This document shows positions 26,827-33,896 of a stretch of 33,896 bases of DNA, one piece after another. Where the stretch lies: positions 1 to 33,896 of the forward strand of contig JBGQEL010000041.1 of NCBI GenBank assembly GCA_041496385.1. The letters are read 5' to 3'. Each line of letters starts with the position of its first letter. The stretch's first letter is position 1. Made by a program: the position numbers and the translations under genes. The notes below the pieces were generated by a model. That model searched no databases, was not told the origin of the DNA, and saw nothing but the letters and a program-made list of their open reading frames with translations. This stretch comes from Candidatus Methylomirabilia bacterium (GTDB lineage: Bacteria > Methylomirabilota > Methylomirabilia > Rokubacteriales > CSP1-6).

Positions 26827-27686
26827 CAGCTCGTCCTCGCTCGGTCCAGCGCGATCAGGGCGGTCCGCCGGGTCAGCACGGCCGCCACGTCGATGCGGAA
26901 CTCCGTGGTGCCTCGCTTGTCGTCGATGGGCCGGCAAGCCATCCGCGCCGCCGCCTCGAGCCGCCGCTGGGCAGCCTCGTCGAGCCGGGTCCCCACCATG
27001 GCCTGGGCCGCCTCCGGGACCAGCAGCACACGGGGAGCAACCGCGCCCAGCGACACGCGGGCCGCAGTGATCGTGCCGGCGCCATCGAGCGTCAGGCTCA
27101 CGCCCACCCCCACCACCGCGATGTCCATTTCGGTCCGCGGGATGAAGCGCAGATACGCGTCGCTCGAGCGTGGCGGCCGCGGCGGCAGCAGGAACGACGC
27201 GACGATCTCGCCCTTCCGGAGCGCGAGCGTGCGCGGGCCCAGCATGACGTCCTCGACCGGCAGGTCGCGCCGGCCCTGCGGCCCGGCCAGCGTGGCGACG
27301 GCCCCCGCGGCGATGAGCGCGGGCACGCTGTCGGCCGCCGGCGAGCCGTTGCAGAGGTTGCCGCCCATGGTGGCGCGCCCCTGCACCTGGGTCGAGCCGA
27401 TGAGGTTGGCGGCCTCGACCACGCCCGGCCACACCTGCTTGAGCCGCGGATGCTCTTTCAGCTCGGCTCCCGTCACCGCGGCGCCGATGCGCCAGCCACC
27501 CTTCTCCTCGGTGACGGTGCGGATCTCAGGGATCTTCTTGATGTCGACGATCAGCGCGGGGTCGACGAGGTCGGCGCGCAACTGGACCAGGAGGTCGGTG
27601 CCTCCGGCCAGGATCAGCGCCTCGCCCGTCGCTCCCGCCAGCAGGGCGACTGCCCCTTCCAGCGTCTCCGGTGCCTCGTATCGCAT
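26826..27686 (-). CDS. FAD-binding medium subunit (CoxM/CutM-like)
   Basis: YEAPETLE.A, LAGGTDL, IGA.VT, IGSTQV..RATMGGNLCNGSPAAD, PIDDKRGT.EFR. Confidence 0.95.
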   Translation of the reverse strand: MRYEAPETLEGAVALLAGATGEALILAGGTDLLVQLRADLVDPALIVDIKKIPEIRTVTEEKGGWRIGAAVTGAELKEHPRLKQVWPGVVEAANLIGSTQVQGRATMGGNLCNGSPAADSVPALIAAGAVATLAGPQGRRDLPVEDVMLGPRTLALRKGEIVASFLLPPRPPRSSDAYLRFIPRTEMDIAVVGVGVSLTLDGAGTITAARVSLGAVAPRVLLVPEAAQAMVGTRLDEAAQRRLEAAARMACRPIDDKRGTTEFRIDVAAVLTRRTALIALDRARTS

Positions 27687-27714
27687 CAGTTGTGGTCTCG
27701 CCTTTCGTGAAGAG

Positions 27715-29307
27715 TCATTGTGGGGCGTACTTGTGGCCGAGCCGCTCCTCCCAGCGCAGGTAGTTGATCATGTCGGCGAAGCCGCGCTCGGGGCCGGCGG
27801 GCACGACGTCGTCGGGGGCGCGCAGCACGCCGGTCAGCCCTTGCTCCAGCGGCCGCCCGGCCGTACGCCACGCCTGGGTGCCGCCGGCCAGCCCCGCGAC
27901 GTCGCGGTAGCCCAGCTCCAGCAGCGTCGCCGCGCTCAGCACCGCGTCGTGGCCGCCGTCGTCGTCGGTGACGACGATCGGCGCGGCGGTGTCCGACGCG
28001 AGATCCGCCACGCGCAGCTCCAGCCAGCCGCGCGGCACCCAGCGCGCGCCGGGCACGTGGCCCGCGGCGAAGCGGTCGCTCGTCTCGACGTTGAGCGTCA
28101 GCGGCGGCCGCGGCGACGCCAGGAGTGCCGCCAGCTCGGCCGGCGAGATCCGGCGGACCTTCTTCGTCGCTTCGGCCACCAATGGTTCGACGGGTTCGTC
28201 CGTTCTTGCTGCGAGCGGAAGACCGGCAGCGGCCCACGCCGTCGTCCCGCCCGCGACGACGAAGACGTTCGTGAAACCCATCTGCCGGTACCACGACGCC
28301 GTGACCGACGCGCGCACCGTGCCGTCGCAGCAGAAGACGACCGCGCCGGCGCGCACGGCCACCGTGTCGTCGGCGCGCTGCACGGCCTGCCCGCCGGGGA
28401 ACCACCAGAACCCGGGCACGTGGCCGCGCGCGTACTCCTCCCGCGTGCGGACGTCGATCAGGTAGACCGTCTCGCCGCTCGCGCGCCCCATCAGCTTCTG
28501 CAGCTCGGCGACCGTCAGCGTCCGCACGCCGTCCTCGGCGGCGACGCGCGCGGCGTACGCCTCGGCTGCGGCGCGCCCTTCGGGCGAGGGCTCGGGCAGG
28601 TCCACGCGGTCGGCGCCGCGCTCGAGCTCCAGGCCGGCGAGCAGCCAGCCCGATGTTCCGTTGCGCAGGCTGACCACGTTGGGAAGCCGCATGCGCTGCA
28701 GCACGCGCGCGCCGATGATGCTGCGCGTGCGGCCGGCGCAGTTGACGACCACCGTCGCGTTCGGGTGCGCGCGCACGAGGTCGTGGATGCGCAACGCCAG
28801 CTCGCCGCCGGGCGCGCTGCGGCCGCCGGGGATGCAGAAGCGCCGGTACTCCTCGGGCGTGCGCGTGTCGAGGATGATCAGCTCGTCGCCGCGCCGCTGT
28901 CGGCGCGCCAGCTCGTCGGCGTCGATGGTGGGCACGTGGTGCTCCACCTCCACCTTCTCGCCGAAGTCTTTGCTGGGCACGTTCATGCCCCACTCCGTGG
29001 GGAGGTTCTCGCTGGCCCAGCGGTTGACGCCGCCCGCCAGGAGAGCCACGCGGGCGTAGCCCATGCGCTCCAGCGTGCGCGCGGCCAGCGGCGCGCGGCG
29101 GCCGTTGTCGTCGCACACGATCACGTCCACGCCGCGGAACGGCACGAGTCGCCCCATGCGGGACTCGAGCTGGCGGCGCGGCACCGAGCTGGCGCCGGGG
29201 ATGTGGGCGAGGTTGTACTCGCCGTGCTCGCGCACGTCGATGAGCGCGAGCGGCGCGTGCGATTCCAGCAGCTGCGCAAGCGCGGCGGCGGCGATCTCGC
29301 GGGGCAT
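27715..29307 (-). CDS. Four-domain rhodanese-like sulfurtransferase
   Basis: IDVREHGEY..AHIPGA; LDTRTPEEY....IPG with NCAGRTRSIIGA; IDVRTREEYARGHVPG; FAAGHVPGARW. Confidence 0.9.
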   Translation of the reverse strand: MPREIAAAALAQLLESHAPLALIDVREHGEYNLAHIPGASSVPRRQLESRMGRLVPFRGVDVIVCDDNGRRAPLAARTLERMGYARVALLAGGVNRWASENLPTEWGMNVPSKDFGEKVEVEHHVPTIDADELARRQRRGDELIILDTRTPEEYRRFCIPGGRSAPGGELALRIHDLVRAHPNATVVVNCAGRTRSIIGARVLQRMRLPNVVSLRNGTSGWLLAGLELERGADRVDLPEPSPEGRAAAEAYAARVAAEDGVRTLTVAELQKLMGRASGETVYLIDVRTREEYARGHVPGFWWFPGGQAVQRADDTVAVRAGAVVFCCDGTVRASVTASWYRQMGFTNVFVVAGGTTAWAAAGLPLAARTDEPVEPLVAEATKKVRRISPAELAALLASPRPPLTLNVETSDRFAAGHVPGARWVPRGWLELRVADLASDTAAPIVVTDDDGGHDAVLSAATLLELGYRDVAGLAGGTQAWRTAGRPLEQGLTGVLRAPDDVVPAGPERGFADMINYLRWEERLGHKYAPQ

Positions 29308-29323
29308 GACGGCGGTCGCCTCG

Positions 29324-30448
29324 CTACCGGCCGCTGATGACGCGGTAGGCCTGGGAGGCGGCGTCGCGAATCGACGCCTGCTCCGTCGGCGACTGCATCA
29401 CGACCTGCAGAGCGCCGAGGGCCTGGCGATCGCCCTGCGCGGTCACGTACTTGATCGCGCGGAGCCGGTAGGCGGGCTCGGCGTCCGAGGTCACGATCTG
29501 GCGCATGAAGGGCAGGGGGCGCTCGTCGTTCAGCGAGGTCAGCGCCCGGAAGGCCATCTCCCGCCCGCGCCCGTCGGCGCTCGATTCCTGGAAGATGTAC
29601 GCGAGGCCGTTGACCCCCTGCGTCTTGCCCGATTCGGCCAGCCCGTACGCGGCGCTCAGGCGGACCATCCGGTCCTCGCCGGGGTTGCTCAGGATCCGCT
29701 CCATGACGGGGATCGACTCGGGCGTCTGGAGCTGTCGCAGCCCGGAGGCCGCGGCGCGCCGCAGCAGCACGTCGTCGTCCTTCTCGAGAATGTCCTTCAG
29801 GAGCGGCAGCGATTGTGGGACCTGGAGCGTGCCCAGCAACCTCGCGGCCGCCCGCCGCTCGTCGGAGTCGCTCCCGGCCGCGAGCACGTGCATCAGCGCC
29901 TGGGCGGCGACGTCGCCCATGCCTCGGAGGTCGTCGATCAGCTCGCGCGCCCGCTGCCAGCCTCCCCGCCCTTCGCCGCCGCTCGTCGCTTCCAGATATT
30001 TGTAGAAGCGCTCGAGCGCCGTCTCGACGGTCGGCGGCGGCCCGGCCGTGGGACGCGAGTCGGGTCGCGGCGCCGCGCGATCGGCCTGGGGCGCGCCCCG
30101 CGGCGACGTCGCGCCGCTCCCGCGCGCGAGGCTCTCAGTCGGCGAGGGAGTTTCCGTCACGGCGACGCCGAGGAAAGACGTTCGCGACGAAGCGCGCGCG
30201 CTCGAGGAAGCTCCCGCCGCCGGCGCGCCGCCCTGCTCCGTTGCTCCGGACTGCTTCGCGGCGGCGAGATTGTCCCTGGCGCGGAGCCGCGCCTGCAGCG
30301 TGGCGACCTGCTGCTGAAGGCCGGTCACCGTGGCCTGTAGCTGCTCGACTTCGGGCACGGCCGGCAGCACCTGGCGCACGACGCCGGCGGCGGCCCAGCC
30401 GACCACGAACGTGAGGACGAGGACCATCGGCCAGAGAAGGCGTCCCAT
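29324..30448 (-). CDS. Membrane-anchored HEAT-repeat protein
   Basis: N-terminal hydrophobic helix, coiled coil (VEQLQATVTGLQQQVATLQARL), Ala/Ser/Pro linker, then repeats ERRAAARLLG, LRRAAASGL, VRLSAAYGL, YRLRAI, IRDAA. Confidence 0.8.
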   Translation of the reverse strand: MGRLLWPMVLVLTFVVGWAAAGVVRQVLPAVPEVEQLQATVTGLQQQVATLQARLRARDNLAAAKQSGATEQGGAPAAGASSSARASSRTSFLGVAVTETPSPTESLARGSGATSPRGAPQADRAAPRPDSRPTAGPPPTVETALERFYKYLEATSGGEGRGGWQRARELIDDLRGMGDVAAQALMHVLAAGSDSDERRAAARLLGTLQVPQSLPLLKDILEKDDDVLLRRAAASGLRQLQTPESIPVMERILSNPGEDRMVRLSAAYGLAESGKTQGVNGLAYIFQESSADGRGREMAFRALTSLNDERPLPFMRQIVTSDAEPAYRLRAIKYVTAQGDRQALGALQVVMQSPTEQASIRDAASQAYRVISGR

Positions 30449-30474
30449 GTCGCCGGTAGTTTACTCGATCGGGG

Positions 30475-31167
30475 TCAAATTGCGCTCGCCGCGATGTTGA
30501 CCGTCAGGGCCAGGAGGGCCGCGTTGAACACGAACGAGACCACTCCGTGCACGGCCACGGTGCGGCGGATCCACTTGCTGGTGACGCCCACGTCGGAGAC
30601 CTGGGACGTCATGCCGATGACGAAGGAGAAGTACACGAAGTCCCAGTAGTCTGGGTCCTCGGCGCCGCCCGGAAAGGCCATGCCCCCGCCGCTGCCGTGG
30701 TTCTCGTCGTAGAACTCGTGGGCGTAATGCAGGGCGAAGATCGTGTGGATGAAGGCCCACGACAGCATGATGGTCAGCGTGGCGAGGAGGAGCGGGAGCG
30801 CCCGGCGACCGCCGCCGTTGCCCGCCGCCTGCCCCAGCTCCCAGACGATGGCGGCAAGGCTCGCGAGCGCCGCGGCGACCGTCAGCACCAGGATCGCGAG
30901 CTGCCCCTCGTCCTGCTGGGCCGCGCGGCGGCGGATGCGGCGGATGTCGGAGCCCGCCATCATCGCGAAGGCGAGGATCAGGTAGACGCCGACCCCGACG
31001 TCCCAGGCGACGAGCAGGCGCGTGGCGAGCTTCCAGCTCGTGAAGGCCGCGAGCGCGGCGGCCACCGTGGCGCAGAGGGCGCCACAGGCGAACAGCCGGG
31101 GACGGGCCCGCGCGATGCGCACCAGGCGCGAGCGCGGGCGTCGGACCTTCCTATGGCCGGTCTGCAT
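30475..31167 (-). CDS. DUF1345 family membrane protein
   Basis: IRRRAAQQDEG, SWAFIHTIFALHYAHEFY, FPG....PDYWDFVYFSFVIGMTSQVSDV, IRR.V..HGVVSFVFN. Start ATG 31167. Confidence 0.9.
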   Translation of the reverse strand: MQTGHRKVRRPRSRLVRIARARPRLFACGALCATVAAALAAFTSWKLATRLLVAWDVGVGVYLILAFAMMAGSDIRRIRRRAAQQDEGQLAILVLTVAAALASLAAIVWELGQAAGNGGGRRALPLLLATLTIMLSWAFIHTIFALHYAHEFYDENHGSGGGMAFPGGAEDPDYWDFVYFSFVIGMTSQVSDVGVTSKWIRRTVAVHGVVSFVFNAALLALTVNIAASAI

Positions 31168-31174
31168 CCCGTCA

Positions 31175-31203
31175 ACCGTAGGCCGACGCCGGGGAGCCGT
31201 CAA
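31175..31203 (-). promoter_or_regulatory. Sigma70-like promoter TTGACG-N17-TACGGT, 7 nt before the DUF1345 ATG
   Basis: -35 at 31203-31198, -10 at 31180-31175, ATG at 31167. Confidence 0.55.
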
Positions 31204-31222
31204 GACGGGGTAGGATGCGGCG

Positions 31223-32275
31223 ATGGCGCAACTCAACGTCGGCGTCCTCGGGCTGAGCCACGATCACGTGTGGCCGAACCTCGCCGCGCTGGTCGCCGGC
31301 GAGCACGGCCGCCTCGTCGCCGTCGCCGACCCCGACCCGGGGCTGCGCGAGAAGTTCATGGGCCTCCACGGCGGCGTGGCCGTCCACGAGACGTTCGACG
31401 GCCTGCTCGAGCGTCGCGACCTCGACGCCGTGCTGGTCTTCTCCGACAACCGAACGTCGGTGGAGCTGGGCGTGCGCGCGCTGGGCCGCGGGCTCCCCGT
31501 GATGATCGAGAAGCCGATGGCGGCCGACCTGGCCGGCGCCCGCGCGCTGCTCGCGGCGGCCCGGGCCGCCGGCGTGACGCTCATGGTGAACTGGCCCACG
31601 GCGTGGCGACCGGCGCTCCGTCACGGCCTGACGCTGGCGCTCGACGGCGCCGTCGGCGAGCCCACGCAGCTCAGCCATCGCGGCGGCCACGCGGGCCCGC
31701 GGGAGTACGGCTGCTCGCCGCAGTTCTGCGACTGGCTCTACGATCCGGCGCGCAACGGCGGCGGCGCGCTCGTCGACTACTGCGGCTACGGCGCCGTGCT
31801 CTGCCGTCTCGTGCTGGGCCGGCCGCAGGCGGTCACCGCGGTCACGCCGGCTCCGCGGAAGCCCGGTCTCGTCGCCGAGGACAACGCTGTCGCGATCCTG
31901 TCCTATCCGCGCGCGCTCGGACTGCTGGAGGGGAGCTGGACCCAGATCGGCGGCGAGCCCGCCTTCGCCATGATCCTGTACGGAGAGCGCGGCACGCTGC
32001 TCGTTCATCAGCCGCGCGCCACGCACGAGGGCGAGCGCGTCGGCCCCGGCCGCGTGCAGGTCGTCACGCCCGCGGGGAGCCGCTTCGTCGACCCGCCGCC
32101 GCTCGCACCGGAGGAGCGCGACGGCCCGACGCACTTCCTCTCCTGCCTGAGCAGTGGCCGCGACGTGACTGGTTTCTGCGCCACCGACGTCGGATGCGAC
32201 GTTCAGGAGGTGCTCGCCGCGGCGCAGCGGTCGAGCACGACGGGCCGGCGCGTGGAGCTACCGCTCGCCGACTAG
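31223..32275 (+). CDS. Gfo/Idh/MocA family NAD(P)-dependent oxidoreductase
   Basis: VGVLGLSHDH, LDAVLV, VMIEKPMA, MVNWP, GGGALVDYCGYG, AEDNAV, LYGERGTL. TAGGAT lies 6 nt before the ATG. Confidence 0.92.
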   Translation: MAQLNVGVLGLSHDHVWPNLAALVAGEHGRLVAVADPDPGLREKFMGLHGGVAVHETFDGLLERRDLDAVLVFSDNRTSVELGVRALGRGLPVMIEKPMAADLAGARALLAAARAAGVTLMVNWPTAWRPALRHGLTLALDGAVGEPTQLSHRGGHAGPREYGCSPQFCDWLYDPARNGGGALVDYCGYGAVLCRLVLGRPQAVTAVTPAPRKPGLVAEDNAVAILSYPRALGLLEGSWTQIGGEPAFAMILYGERGTLLVHQPRATHEGERVGPGRVQVVTPAGSRFVDPPPLAPEERDGPTHFLSCLSSGRDVTGFCATDVGCDVQEVLAAAQRSSTTGRRVELPLAD

Positions 32276-33896
32276 AGCTGCCAGTCCTGGTACCAGGTGG
32301 AGTCGGCGCCGATGCCCTCGCGCTGCACGGCCACCTCGACGAGATAGGGCCGGTTCTGGCGCGTGGTCACGTCCAGGCCGCGGCGGAGCGCCGGCTCCAG
32401 CTCCTTCACCGTCTTCACGCACTCGCCATCGACGCCCTGGGCGCGCGCGAGGCCGACGTAGTCGGTGGCGGGGGCGTCGAGCCAGAGGCCGGGGTACTTG
32501 CCCTCAGTGATCATCTTGCAGTCCGGCATCTGGTTGGCCCAGTTGTGGCGCACGATCTGGTAGCTCTGGTTGTTGGAGACGACCGTGAGGATGGCCGTGT
32601 TGTAGCGGGCCATCGACCAGAAGCCCGAGGCGCTGTAGGTGAGGGCGCCGTCGCCCAGATGCAGGACCACGGGGCGCTCGCGGCCGACGGCGATCTTGGC
32701 GCCGATGGCCGCGCCCACGCCGAAGCCGAGCGAGCCGCCGCCGCTGCGCGTCCAGAACATCCCCTCGTAACCGAGCGGCATCAGCGTCATGCGCGCGGTC
32801 GAGCTCTCGTGCACCATCACGGTGTTCTTCGGCAGCACCTGCGCGAGCTGCGCCTCGAGCACCGCCGGGTGCGTGAGCGAGTCGTGCTCGTGCTCGCGCG
32901 CCAGATTTTCCTCGCGCTCGATCAGGAGCTTCGCGAACGCGCGGACCTTCGCGCGCGCGCGCACGCCGGCCGCGATCTTGTCGCCGGCCACGCGCTTGAC
33001 CGCGTCGACCAGGCTCGCCAGCGTGTCGCGCAGCTCGCACTGCACCGCGACGTCGAGCGGGTAGTGGCGGCCCATCAGGAGCGGGTTCGGCCCGATCTGC
33101 ATGATGGTGGGCTCGGTGACGGCGCCGTGCACGCCCTGACAGCCGACGAGGAAGATGAGGTCCGGCTTCAGCCCCGTGACCTTCTCGAAATCTTTCGAGA
33201 CGGGATACGAACCGCAGAAGAGCGGGTGGCGCGACGGGAAGTTGGCGAAGATCTGCCGGGAGGCGAACACCGGCGCCTCGAGCGCCTCGGCGAGCCGCAC
33301 CGCTTCCGCCTGCGCGCCGTCGCGCCAGACGTCGTCGCCGAACATCAGCGCCGGGCACCGCGCCTCGACGAGCCTGCGGGCGATCGCCTCGATCGTCTGC
33401 GGGCGCGCCGGCCCCGGCCGCTCGATCTGGTAGTGCGCGTCCTCGCCGACCTGCGCCTCCAGTCCCTCGCGATTGAGCAGCTCCGCGCTGATCGAGAGAT
33501 AGACCGGCCCCGTGGGCGGCGTGGTCGCCTCGCGGATCGCGCGGATCGTGGCCACCGAGATCGCCTTGGGATCCGCGTGCACCTGGTAGGCGCAGCGCGC
33601 TTCCTTTGTAATAGGCCGCATCGACTCCGCCTGGCTCAGTCCCGGGAAGGGCGCCAGCCCGCGATAGTCCTGAAGCTCGGAGGCCCAGTCGCCGGCCACG
33701 ACCAGCAGCGACGAGCCCGCCACCTGCGCGTTGAAGAGCTGGCCCGCGAGCTGGTACGAGCCGCCCATCACGTGCGCGATGACGACGCCCACCTTGCCGC
33801 TCAGCCGGTGATAGCCGTCCGCCATCGCCGCCACCAGCCCCTCGTGCTTGCCGACCACCAGGCGGTTGTCCCCGTCCTCGGCGATCGCCGCGAAGA
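32272..33896 (-). CDS. Thiamine pyrophosphate-binding enzyme (benzoylformate decarboxylase-like), 5' end outside the window
   Basis: HEG..AAMADGY.R.SGK, GGGSLGFGVGAAIGAK, TPP motif GDGA..Y...FW...RYN...VVSNNQSY. The frame is open to the window edge. Confidence 0.92.
   Translation of the reverse strand, partial: FAAIAEDGDNRLVVGKHEGLVAAMADGYHRLSGKVGVVIAHVMGGSYQLAGQLFNAQVAGSSLLVVAGDWASELQDYRGLAPFPGLSQAESMRPITKEARCAYQVHADPKAISVATIRAIREATTPPTGPVYLSISAELLNREGLEAQVGEDAHYQIERPGPARPQTIEAIARRLVEARCPALMFGDDVWRDGAQAEAVRLAEALEAPVFASRQIFANFPSRHPLFCGSYPVSKDFEKVTGLKPDLIFLVGCQGVHGAVTEPTIMQIGPNPLLMGRHYPLDVAVQCELRDTLASLVDAVKRVAGDKIAAGVRARAKVRAFAKLLIEREENLAREHEHDSLTHPAVLEAQLAQVLPKNTVMVHESSTARMTLMPLGYEGMFWTRSGGGSLGFGVGAAIGAKIAVGRERPVVLHLGDGALTYSASGFWSMARYNTAILTVVSNNQSYQIVRHNWANQMPDCKMITEGKYPGLWLDAPATDYVGLARAQGVDGECVKTVKELEPALRRGLDVTTRQNRPYLVEVAVQREGIGADSTWYQDWQL

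Noticed and set aside
24071..27686. Aerobic CO dehydrogenase (coxMSL) assignment
   Set aside because: The active-site loop AYRAPG lacks the Cu-binding Cys of AYxCSFR and there are no coxDEFG genes, so gene symbols were withheld.
225..33433. Many long overlapping or antisense ORFs (e.g. 1656..3923, 15615..17672, 21090..23963, 24509..26569, 26812..29337)
   Set aside because: Arg/Ala/Gly-rich shadow frames typical of high-GC DNA, lying over well-supported genes and lacking recognisable motifs.

Overview
High-GC bacterial window. Gene content and style (three LLM oxidoreductases, CoA-transferase, TPP enzyme, CMD protein) resemble Candidatus Rokubacteria/Methylomirabilota, but that assignment is only an inference. 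Most of the window is catabolic/redox genes: CoA-transferase III (partial), three LLM oxidoreductases, a secreted alpha/beta-hydrolase with divergent LysR, PuuE-like deacetylase, RidA, a solute-binding protein, a TPR-like protein, HpcH aldolase, an xanthine-dehydrogenase-family M-S-L cluster with MoaD and a four-domain rhodanese, Gfo/Idh/MocA, and a TPP enzyme (partial). Three things stand out. (1) An AhpD/CMD gene is split in the ORF track by an in-frame TGA at the second Cys position of CxxC (C-R-F-U), followed by a SECIS-like hairpin, so it is a probable selenoprotein. (2) A ~11.8 kb block (11943-23796) holds two giant secreted modular proteins (2096 and 1542 aa). They share a 63-bp promoter/start repeat (59/63 identical) and a homologous C-terminal triple 'H-x-x-[DE]-L-R' domain but carry different enzymatic payloads. 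A deletion-riddled Gfo pseudogene lies between them and a truncated cupin-like remnant borders the block. This is a candidate modular surface-display/sorting system. (3) Seven genes have a TAnnnT -10 box 6-9 nt before the ATG and no Shine-Dalgarno, suggesting frequent leaderless or near-leaderless transcription. No RNA genes, CRISPR arrays, transposases or integrases were seen.
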